DNA of 64,000 nucleotides from an uncultured Bacteroidales bacterium (GTDB taxonomy: Bacteria > Bacteroidota > Bacteroidia > Bacteroidales > Bacteroidaceae): the NCBI GenBank assembly GCA_902779875.1, contig CACZCX010000001.1, forward strand, positions 10,930 to 74,929, written 5' to 3'. A program made the translations under genes and the position numbers. The notes under the pieces are model-generated. The model searched no databases. It saw only the letters and a list, made by a program, of their open reading frames with translations, and was not told the DNA's origin. Below, in pieces: positions 54,203 to 61,956 of the stretch (within the stretch, counting starts at the first letter, position 1; every line of letters starts with the position of its first letter).

Positions 54203-55718
54203 CAAGGCTGCGGTATCCTATGGCCTCGGCTATGTGATGGGGCTGGATGGTCTCCGAGCGGTCCATATCTGCTATGGTGCGGGATACTTTGAGAATGCGG
54301 TCATATGCGCGGGCCGACAGGTTCAGGCGGTTCATGGCTGCGCCAAGCATGCTGATGGCGGCAGGCTCGGCAGCCGCATACATGCCAAGCAGGCGGGAAT
54401 CCATCTGTGCATTGCAGTAAATGCCCTTTTCACCGCTGAATCTGTCGGCCTGAATCCTTCGTGCCTCGATCACCCTCTCACGTATGCATGAACTCCTTTC
54501 GCCCTTCACTTCCGATGACATGTCATCGAACCCCACCGGCTGAATCTCACACTGAATGTCAAAACGGTCCATGAGCGGCCCCGACACCCTACCCAGATAA
54601 CGCTCTATGGTAGTGGGTGTGCAGTGACACTCCTTGGTGGGGTGGTTGTAATAACCGCAGGGGCAGGGGTTCATGGAGGCTACGAGCATGAATGAAGCAG
54701 GATACTCAACCCTGTATTTGGCTCTGGATATAACAATGGTCCTGTCCTCGAGAGGCTGACGCAGCACCTCAAGTGCCGATCTTGAGAATTCCGGCAATTC
54801 ATCGAGGTATAGCACCCCGTTATGAGCCAGTGATATCTCACCGGGCTGGGCGTTGGCGCCACCTCCCGTGAGAGCCACGTTACTTATGGTATGATGGGGA
54901 TGGCGGAAAGGCCGGGTCGTGATGAGCGCAGCCCCGTTGCTGGTGAATCCGGCGACCGAATGGATGCGCGTGGTCTCTATGCTCTCGTCCTCGGTCAGCG
55001 GAGGCAGTATTGAGGGCAGTGCCCTGGCCATCATGGACTTTCCGCTTCCCGGCGGGCCTATCATGATGAGATTATGACCGCCGCTTGCAGCCACTTCAAG
55101 GGCTCGTTTTACTGCAATTTGGCCCTTTACATCGGCAAAGTCGGCATGGTAGGCGCTGTCACCGGCATACTGGAAGAGGGTGTCCCGCTTGAGCGGTTCC
55201 ACATGTCCGGGTTCGTCATTGAGGATGTCAACCACATCCCTCAGATGGTTGGCCCCGTATACCTTGAGGTCATCAATCACGGCAGCCTCGGGTGCGTTCT
55301 GTATGGGCAGGATAATACCTTTGAATCCTTCGGCACGTGCCTTGATGGCCATGGAGAGCGCCCCTTTCACGGGCTGAAGCGTCCCGTCCAGACCCATCTC
55401 ACCCATTATGACGTACTCGCCCAGATGATCCGTACTGATTTCATCGGACGATGCCATTATCCCGACAGCAAGCGGCAGGTCATAGGCCGAGCCCTCCTTG
55501 CGTATGTCGGCAGGAGCCATGTTGATAATGAGCTGACAAGAGGGGAATTTGAAACCGTTTACGTGTAAAGCTGAGAAGATGCGTTCATGACTCTCCTTGA
55601 CTGCATTGTCAGGCAATCCCACAAGAAAGAATCTGATACCGCGTGAAGTACTGACCTCGATGGTCACGATGTAGGCGTCTATCCCTTGGACAGCAGCGCC
55701 CGAAACTCTGATAAGCAT
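54180..55718 (-). CDS. YifB/ComM-family Mg-chelatase-like AAA+ ATPase
   Basis: Lon-protease-like N-terminal domain, Walker A GPPGSGKSM, Walker B YLDELPEF, and a C-terminal ...HIAEAIGYRSLDR motif. Confidence 0.9.
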   Translation of the reverse strand: MLIRVSGAAVQGIDAYIVTIEVSTSRGIRFFLVGLPDNAVKESHERIFSALHVNGFKFPSCQLIINMAPADIRKEGSAYDLPLAVGIMASSDEISTDHLGEYVIMGEMGLDGTLQPVKGALSMAIKARAEGFKGIILPIQNAPEAAVIDDLKVYGANHLRDVVDILNDEPGHVEPLKRDTLFQYAGDSAYHADFADVKGQIAVKRALEVAASGGHNLIMIGPPGSGKSMMARALPSILPPLTEDESIETTRIHSVAGFTSNGAALITTRPFRHPHHTISNVALTGGGANAQPGEISLAHNGVLYLDELPEFSRSALEVLRQPLEDRTIVISRAKYRVEYPASFMLVASMNPCPCGYYNHPTKECHCTPTTIERYLGRVSGPLMDRFDIQCEIQPVGFDDMSSEVKGERSSCIRERVIEARRIQADRFSGEKGIYCNAQMDSRLLGMYAAAEPAAISMLGAAMNRLNLSARAYDRILKVSRTIADMDRSETIQPHHIAEAIGYRSLDRSSWGK

Positions 55719-55756
55719 GGTTAGATTTTTTATTGGTAGTGTAATTCATGTTTCTG

Positions 55757-55764
55757 CAAATATA
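55757..55764 (-). promoter_or_regulatory. -7 promoter box (TATATTTG) for the comM-like gene
   Basis: Exact TAnnTTTG on the minus strand 39 nt upstream of the ATG at 55718. Confidence 0.4.
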
Positions 55765-55771
55765 TGTGTTT

Positions 55772-56833
55772 TTATCGACGTCTTGATCCTGACTGCCAGT
55801 TATTTGACGATCGGTCGTGTTGTGGCAGCGTCTTGTCCAGCTGGGTGTCCATCTCCTCTATTGAGGTAGTCCTATGGTAGACCTTTCTGGCACTGGAGAA
55901 CAGTATGTAGCATGGTATGTCTATGGTGGCGGAGCTGCGTATGAGCCGGCTCTCCCATCCGTCTATGTCTATATATGAATCCCAACTCAGGGTGTCCTTG
56001 ACTATGGCCTGTTTCCAACTCAGCCTGTTTACATCGATGGATACGTCGGTTATGCTCAGATGGCGGAGTTTGTATTTCTCCTTGAGGGACTCCATCTCCT
56101 TTCTAGCCTTGAGACCCTCTTCTCCGGTCCATGAGGCCCAGACGCAAACCAGCAGATAGTCGGACTCGCCTCCTATGTCGGCGAACTGCTTCTTGGTAAA
56201 GGTGGAATCCCACAGTGTAAGCGTGCTTATGTAAGCGTTACTGGGCAATTCACCGGGGAATTCGGACTTGAGAGCGGTTAGATAGGGGGCGTCCTGCATG
56301 TTACCGCTCATGCGTTTTATGAGTTTGTTTATCTCATCCTGGCTGGCGTGATTTCTGAGCACCATCCTCTCGTATATAAGATAAGGAGTGACCTCAGAGA
56401 ACGGGTCGCGTGTTATGAATGAGTCTATCCTGGCTATGGTCTGCTGCCGGGTGGAGTCGTCAAGTGACGCCAGGTTGAATGAGCGGTAGGCGTCGTTGCA
56501 GGGACCTCCGGTGACTGATATCAGGTCCGGAACCTTGGGGATGATCATCTCAGATTCCACATCCTTCTCGGCAAAGACCGGATAGAGACGGCCGTCAGGC
56601 AGCACCATGATCAGTGTGGTGACGGTATCGGGGCGGTAAATCCATTCGAATGCGCCCTCATGGCATACGATCGTATCGACCTCCTGGAAACGGGAGTCAA
56701 GACCCACTACCAGGATGGTGTCGGTATCGTCCTGGACAGTTCCGCTCAATATGAACAATCCCTTCTCCCTGCCGCAGGAAACGGACAGGAGCATTACAAG
56801 GAGTGTCAATATGACCGGAACTCTCGATTTCAT
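55772..56833 (-). CDS. Lipoprotein with a DUF4369-like N-domain and a TlpA/thioredoxin-like C-domain lacking the CxxC motif
   Basis: Lipobox LLSVSCG. The TlpA-type context YLLVCVWASW-TGEE-GLKARKE occupies the position where WASWCGPC is expected. Confidence 0.65.
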   Translation of the reverse strand: MKSRVPVILTLLVMLLSVSCGREKGLFILSGTVQDDTDTILVVGLDSRFQEVDTIVCHEGAFEWIYRPDTVTTLIMVLPDGRLYPVFAEKDVESEMIIPKVPDLISVTGGPCNDAYRSFNLASLDDSTRQQTIARIDSFITRDPFSEVTPYLIYERMVLRNHASQDEINKLIKRMSGNMQDAPYLTALKSEFPGELPSNAYISTLTLWDSTFTKKQFADIGGESDYLLVCVWASWTGEEGLKARKEMESLKEKYKLRHLSITDVSIDVNRLSWKQAIVKDTLSWDSYIDIDGWESRLIRSSATIDIPCYILFSSARKVYHRTTSIEEMDTQLDKTLPQHDRSSNNWQSGSRRR

Positions 56834-56846
56834 CGGACTTAAAGTT

Positions 56847-58640
56847 TTATTTGGCGGCGCGCTTACGCTCCAGCTCGTTGAGTATGACCTTACGCATACG
56901 CATGCTCTTGGGGGTAACCTCTACGTACTCGTCGTTCTTGATGTACTCGAGTGCCTCCTCGAGAGAGAATACTACGGGAGGTGCTATGTGTGCCTTCTCA
57001 TCGGCACCGCTGGCACGCATGTTGGTAAGCTGCTTGCTCTTGGTTACATTGATTACCAGGTCCTTCTCGTGAACGTGCTCGCCCACAACCTGACCTGCAT
57101 ATACCTGATCCTGCGGATTTACAAAGAACTTGCCGCGGTCCTGCAGCTTGTCAAGTGCGTATGCGAATACGGTACCGGTCTCCATGGCGACCATGGATCC
57201 GTTGGAACGGCGCTCGATGTCACCCTTGTAAGGCTGATACTCCTTGAAGCGGTGTGCCATGACAGCCTCACCCTGTGATGCTGTGAGCACGTTGGTGCGG
57301 AGTCCGATAATACCGCGTGAGGGGATATCGAACACAATTACCACACGGTCACCCTGGGTATCCATTGATGTCATCTCACCCTTGCGCTTGGTGGCCAGGT
57401 CGATCATCTTGCTTGAGAACTCCTCAGGTACGCTGATGGTCAGTTCCTCGATAGGCTCGCAGGTCTTGCCGTCAATCTCCTTCATGATTACCTGAGGCTG
57501 GCCTACCTGGAGTTCGTAACCCTCGCGGCGCATGGTCTCGATAAGGATTGACAGATGGAGCACACCACGGCCCGATACAATCCACTTGCCGTCCTCCTCG
57601 GTGCGGCGAACGCGGAGCGCCAGGTTCTTGTCAAGCTCCAGGTTCAGACGGTCCTGGATATGACGTGAGGTTACATATTTACCCTCCTTGCCAAAGAAAG
57701 GAGAGTCGTTGATGCTGAAAAGCATACTCATGGTAGGCTCGTCGATGGCGATGGGAGGCAGAGGATCGGGATTCTCGGCATCACATACGGTATCGCCGAT
57801 CTCGAACTTGTCAAGACCTACTATTGCGCATATGTCACCGGCCTCGACAGAGGGAACGCGCTTGCGGCCCATGCCCTCGAATGTATGGAGTTCCTTGATC
57901 TTGACTTTCTCCTTGCTGCCGTCGCGGTGTGCGAGCGTGCAGGTCATACCTTCGTTGAGTGTTCCGCGGTTTACGCGACCCACTGCTATACGGCCGGTAT
58001 ATGATGAGTAGTCAAGTGATGTGATAAGCATCTGGAGTGTTCCCTCCTCCTGCTTGGGGGCGGGAATGTATTTTACGATGGCATCGAGCAGCGGAAGAAT
58101 GTTGTCGGTGGGCTGCTTCCAGTCGGTACTCATCCAGTTCTGCTTGGCTGAACCGTAGAGTACCGGGAAATCGAGCTGCTCCTCGGTGGCATCGAGAGCG
58201 AACATAAGGTCAAACACCATCTCGTATACCTCCTCGGGACGGCAGTTGGGCTTATCGACCTTGTTTACTACGACAATGGGCTTAAGTCCTATCTGGAGAG
58301 CCTTCTGGAGCACGAAACGTGTCTGAGGCATGGGGCCTTCAAAGGCGTCGACAAGGAGAATGCATCCGTCGGCCATGTTGAGCACACGCTCAACCTCACC
58401 GCCAAAGTCGGAGTGACCCGGAGTGTCAATGATATTGATTTTGGTATCCTTATATGTAATGGATACGTTCTTTGAGAGAATGGTTATACCGCGCTCACGC
58501 TCAAGGTCATTGTTGTCAAGCATGAGTTCTCCTTTGGCCTGGTTGTCGCGGAACAGATTTCCTGCGAGCATCATCTTATCAACCAGTGTGGTCTTTCCGT
58601 GGTCAACGTGAGCAATAATAGCTATGTTCCTTATGTCCAT
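56847..58640 (-). CDS. typA: Translational GTPase TypA/BipA
   Basis: AHVDHGKTTL, DTPGHSDF and NKVD G-motifs. 597 aa, collinear with BipA. Confidence 0.95.
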   Translation of the reverse strand: MDIRNIAIIAHVDHGKTTLVDKMMLAGNLFRDNQAKGELMLDNNDLERERGITILSKNVSITYKDTKINIIDTPGHSDFGGEVERVLNMADGCILLVDAFEGPMPQTRFVLQKALQIGLKPIVVVNKVDKPNCRPEEVYEMVFDLMFALDATEEQLDFPVLYGSAKQNWMSTDWKQPTDNILPLLDAIVKYIPAPKQEEGTLQMLITSLDYSSYTGRIAVGRVNRGTLNEGMTCTLAHRDGSKEKVKIKELHTFEGMGRKRVPSVEAGDICAIVGLDKFEIGDTVCDAENPDPLPPIAIDEPTMSMLFSINDSPFFGKEGKYVTSRHIQDRLNLELDKNLALRVRRTEEDGKWIVSGRGVLHLSILIETMRREGYELQVGQPQVIMKEIDGKTCEPIEELTISVPEEFSSKMIDLATKRKGEMTSMDTQGDRVVIVFDIPSRGIIGLRTNVLTASQGEAVMAHRFKEYQPYKGDIERRSNGSMVAMETGTVFAYALDKLQDRGKFFVNPQDQVYAGQVVGEHVHEKDLVINVTKSKQLTNMRASGADEKAHIAPPVVFSLEEALEYIKNDEYVEVTPKSMRMRKVILNELERKRAAK

Positions 58641-58675
58641 ATTGTTGTAAAATGTTTCCTTTATCTTTGCGGGTG

Positions 58676-58683
58676 CAAAGTTA
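58676..58683 (-). promoter_or_regulatory. -7 promoter box (TAACTTTG) for typA
   Basis: Exact TAnnTTTG on the minus strand 36 nt upstream of the ATG at 58640. It is palindromically paired with a plus-strand TATCTTTG at 58662-58669. Confidence 0.45.
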
Positions 58684-58728
58684 CGGGAAAAATGTTAGAT
58701 TTTTCATTGTGTATTAAAAAAGAAGATA

Positions 58729-58736
58729 TAACTTTG
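58729..58736 (+). promoter_or_regulatory. -7 promoter box (TAACTTTG) for rpsO
   Basis: Exact TAnnTTTG 38 nt upstream of the ATG at 58774. Confidence 0.5.
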
Positions 58737-58773
58737 CGCCCGCTAAACGAGTTTTCACATTATTTTTAAGAAA

Positions 58774-59043
58774 ATGTATTTAGACAAAGAGAAAAAACAA
58801 GAGATCTTTGGACAATACGGAAAGTCCAACACGGATACTGGCTCACCCGAAGCTCAGATAGCCTTGTTCTCATACCGTATTTCCCATTTGACGGAACATC
58901 TTAAGGAGAACCGTAAGGATTATAGCACTGAAAGGGCACTGACCCAGCTGGTAGGTAAGCGTCGCAGACTGCTCAACTACCTCAAGGAGAGAGACATCGA
59001 GCGTTACCGCTCTATCGTTAAGGCTCTCGGTCTGCGTAAGTAA
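58774..59043 (+). CDS. rpsO: 30S ribosomal protein S15
   Basis: 89 aa with [22 protein letters not shown]...[10 protein letters not shown], the canonical S15 pattern. Confidence 0.97.
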   Translation: MYLDKEKKQEIFGQYGKSNTDTGSPEAQIALFSYRISHLTEHLKENRKDYSTERALTQLVGKRRRLLNYLKERDIERYRSIVKALGLRK

Positions 59044-59060
59044 GGCTAGAAATGAAAGAA

Positions 59061-59096
59061 AGTGGGGTTGACAATTTTGCCAACCCCACTTTTTTC
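59061..59096 (+). terminator. Rho-independent terminator of rpsO
   Basis: 10-bp stem agtggggttg/caaccccact, a 10-nt loop, then TTTTT. Confidence 0.9.
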
Positions 59097-59124
59097 ATCC
59101 CTAGCCTTAAGTTACGAACGTATT

Positions 59125-59156
59125 AATTCTCAATTCTCAATTCTCAATTCTCAATT
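59125..59156. repeat. Tandem heptamer array (AATTCTC x4.6) upstream of ahcY
   Basis: Four perfect units plus a partial unit. The array ends 6 nt before the ahcY -7 box. Confidence 0.95.
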
Positions 59157-59162
59157 ATACCG

Positions 59163-59170
59163 TATCTTTG
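59163..59170 (+). promoter_or_regulatory. -7 promoter box (TATCTTTG) for ahcY
   Basis: Exact TAnnTTTG 35 nt upstream of the ATG at 59205. Confidence 0.5.
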
Positions 59171-59204
59171 TACCCCAAATTGACACTAGTACATTATTTT
59201 AACT

Positions 59205-60620
59205 ATGGATTTATTTTCAAGTCTGCCTTACAAAGTGGCAGACATCAAATTAGCTGATTTTGGCCGTAAGGAGATTGAGATGGCCGAGAAGGAGATGCCC
59301 GGACTTATGGCTCTCCGTGAAAAGTACCGTGATTCCAAACCTCTCAAGGGTGCCCGCATTATGGGTTCGCTCCATATGACCATTCAGACGGCAGTCCTTA
59401 TAGAGACTCTCCATGAGCTGGGCGCACAGATACGCTGGTGCTCATGCAACATATACTCCACTCAGGATCATGCAGCCGCTGCCATTGCCGCTGCCGGCAG
59501 TGCAGCAGTGTTTGCCTGGAAGGGTGAGACCGCCCAGGAATACTGGTGGTGCACGCTCCAGGCCATGAACTTCCCGGAGGGAGGCCCCAATATGATAGTC
59601 GATGACGGCGGTGACGCAACCCTGATGATACATCTTGGCGTAAAGGGTGAGAAAGATCCCAAGGCGCTTGACTATCAGGCTGAATCGGCCGATGAAATAG
59701 AGCTCCTTAAGGCCCTCAAGGAGGTTGCTAAGGTAAAGGGCGGCAGCTATTGGCAGAACATAGCCGCTAACATAAAGGGTGTAAGTGAGGAGACCACCAC
59801 CGGCGTGCACCGCCTATACCGCATGCAGCAGAACGGCGAGCTCCTCTTCCCTGCATTCAACGTAAACGATTCCGTTACCAAGAGCAAGTTCGATAACCTT
59901 TACGGCTGCCGTGAGTCACTGGCCGACGGTATCAAGCGTGCCACCGACGTCATGATTGCCGGTAAGGTATGCGTGGTTTGCGGCTACGGTGAGGTTGGTA
60001 AGGGATGCGCCCAGAGCATGCGCTCATACGGTGCCCGCGTACTTGTAACCGAGATAGACCCCATCTGCGCCCTTCAGGCAGCTATGGAAGGCTATGAAGT
60101 CGTAACCATGGAGGAGGCCGCTCCTCTGGGCAATATCTTCGTAACCACCACCGGTAATATCGATGTCATTACCACAGAACATATGAAGGTTATGCCCGAC
60201 CAGGCCATAGTCTGCAATATCGGTCACTTTGACAGCGAGATTCAGGTTGACAAACTCAAGAAGATTCCCGGCATCAAGTGCCAGAACGTGAAGCCTCAGG
60301 TTGACCGTTACTTCTTTGAGGATGGTCACAGCATCATACTTCTGGCCGATGGCCGACTGGTAAACCTGGGTTGTGCGACCGGTCATCCCAGCTTTGTAAT
60401 GAGTAACAGCTTTACCAATCAGACCCTGGCTCAGATAGAGCTCTTTAACAAGCAGTATCCGGTCGATGTATACCGTCTGCCCAAGCATCTTGACGAGGAG
60501 GTTGCCCGTCTGCACCTGGAGCGCATCGGAGTTCATCTCTCCAAGCTCACTCAGGCTCAGGCCGATTATCTGGGCGTTCCCGTAGAAGGTCCCTACAAGG
60601 CAGATCATTACCGATATTAA
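59205..60620 (+). CDS. ahcY: Adenosylhomocysteinase
   Basis: [15 protein letters not shown]..., NAD-binding [17 protein letters not shown], and C-terminal YKADHYRY. Confidence 0.97.
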   Translation: MDLFSSLPYKVADIKLADFGRKEIEMAEKEMPGLMALREKYRDSKPLKGARIMGSLHMTIQTAVLIETLHELGAQIRWCSCNIYSTQDHAAAAIAAAGSAAVFAWKGETAQEYWWCTLQAMNFPEGGPNMIVDDGGDATLMIHLGVKGEKDPKALDYQAESADEIELLKALKEVAKVKGGSYWQNIAANIKGVSEETTTGVHRLYRMQQNGELLFPAFNVNDSVTKSKFDNLYGCRESLADGIKRATDVMIAGKVCVVCGYGEVGKGCAQSMRSYGARVLVTEIDPICALQAAMEGYEVVTMEEAAPLGNIFVTTTGNIDVITTEHMKVMPDQAIVCNIGHFDSEIQVDKLKKIPGIKCQNVKPQVDRYFFEDGHSIILLADGRLVNLGCATGHPSFVMSNSFTNQTLAQIELFNKQYPVDVYRLPKHLDEEVARLHLERIGVHLSKLTQAQADYLGVPVEGPYKADHYRY

Positions 60621-60626
60621 AAAAAG

Positions 60627-60657
60627 GAGCCAAACAGAACCGTCCCCTTTGGCTCCC
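60627..60657. other. Intergenic hairpin between ahcY and the LOG gene
   Basis: 9-bp stem ggagccaaa/tttggctcc with a 13-nt loop containing GAACCGTCCCC. It is preceded by A6 and has no 3' T-run on the plus strand, so it is not a classic terminator in the sense direction. Confidence 0.6.
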
Positions 60658-60665
60658 TCAACAAG

Positions 60666-61256
60666 ATGGAAAGAAAGACAATAGTAGTTTACGGAGCATC
60701 CAGTGCCGATGCCGAGAAGGTGTTCGTGGATGCGGCTTACCGGTTGGGCTCCCTCATTGCCGGGGCCGGCAAGCGTCTTGTGTCAGGTGCCGGAAGCACA
60801 GGCCTTATGGCGGCTGTGGAGAACGGAGCGCTTGATGCCGGCGGTGTATCGATCGGTATTATACCGCAGTTTATGGTCGATAACGGCTGGCTGCATCAGG
60901 GTCTGACCGAGACCATAATCACCCCTACCATGCATGACCGCAAGAACCGCATGTCCCAGATGGCAGATGCCGTAGTTGCTTTGCCAGGAGGTACAGGAAC
61001 CTTTGAGGAACTGTTTGAGATCATCACCTGGAAGATGCTCGGCCTGTTTGTCAAACCGATCATAATCCTGAATACGGACCACTACTATGACCCTCTTCTT
61101 GAAATGCTGGAACGTACCGCCGAGCGTCATTTCATGAACCCTGTGTTCAAGAAACTGTGGGCCGTGGCACAAACACCTGATGAGGCCATTGAACTTGTCG
61201 ATACTCTTCCTGACTGGACCGATACTACCACAAAAATCAATACAGACAGAAAATGA
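60666..61256 (+). CDS. LOG-family (TIGR00730) nucleotide phosphoribohydrolase
   Basis: PGGTGTFEEL motif and a GxGxxG-like VSGAGSTGLM. Confidence 0.85.
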   Translation: MERKTIVVYGASSADAEKVFVDAAYRLGSLIAGAGKRLVSGAGSTGLMAAVENGALDAGGVSIGIIPQFMVDNGWLHQGLTETIITPTMHDRKNRMSQMADAVVALPGGTGTFEELFEIITWKMLGLFVKPIIILNTDHYYDPLLEMLERTAERHFMNPVFKKLWAVAQTPDEAIELVDTLPDWTDTTTKINTDRK

Positions 61257-61945
61257 GATTTATTCCGCTAATAGACCTGACGACCTCTTACCAGCTCAAT
61301 GACTGGTTCCTGTCAGCAATGATAGTGACGTTGTTGCTCATGCTCATAACAATGGGTCCCTACAGATATGATTATGTAAGGTCTTTTCTTTCCATGTTCA
61401 GGTTCAAGAGTCCCGACGGTGATGTCAGCTACCCTCTTCTGTCTACATTTGAGAACATCTTGGTCTTTTTACTGTCCAGCATCAGCATTGCCATTGCTGT
61501 GGGTATCTACTCCCATGACATCATGGAGGAGGGATTCTCCCAGATCATATTCCTGTTATGGTATTCATGCGGTGTGGTGATCTGCCTTGTCGTCAAACTG
61601 ATCCTATACACCGTTACGAACAAGATTCTCTATAGGAAACAGATAATAGCCCTTAAGCCGAGCCGCTGGAATTGCTTTTTTGTAATGTCCTATTCAGTAT
61701 CCGGCCTGCTTATCCTGTTCTTTTCAATAATCGTGGTTTTCCTTGATATCCATCTTCTGGCACTGCTCATTTTTGCATACCTGATGCGTGCTTTGGTCAT
61801 TGCCGGCAGAATTTTCAAGATAAAAACCACCTTATTTAAGAATCGGCGTTCGAATTCGGGATTTATTATGTACCTTTGTGCGTTCGAATTAGCGCCTATT
61901 CTTATAGAGTTTATGCTAACGAGCAGATTATTTGGTCTAATTTAA
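61253..61945 (+). CDS. Polytopic membrane protein, DUF4271-like
   Basis: 230 aa with about 6 TM helices. As I recall, this family sits immediately upstream of hemD in Bacteroidales. Confidence 0.6.
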   Translation: MRFIPLIDLTTSYQLNDWFLSAMIVTLLLMLITMGPYRYDYVRSFLSMFRFKSPDGDVSYPLLSTFENILVFLLSSISIAIAVGIYSHDIMEEGFSQIIFLLWYSCGVVICLVVKLILYTVTNKILYRKQIIALKPSRWNCFFVMSYSVSGLLILFFSIIVVFLDIHLLALLIFAYLMRALVIAGRIFKIKTTLFKNRRSNSGFIMYLCAFELAPILIEFMLTSRLFGLI

Positions 61946-61956
61946 ACCGTACAGCC

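Noticed and set aside
7878-59156. Heptamer arrays as a CRISPR array or minisatellite-type mobile element
   Set aside because: The units are only 7 nt, directly abutting, with no spacers, and no cas genes are present. Total array length is about 30 nt per site. They are reported as a regulatory-repeat candidate instead.
61876-61956. The TTG at 61876 as the hemD start (longest ORF)
   Set aside because: It would overlap the DUF4271 gene by 70 nt, and the codon itself lies inside a TACCTTTG promoter-like box. The N-terminal 27 residues (MCVRISAYSYRVYANEQ...) do not resemble the family N-terminus, which begins around KVKKVLISQP.
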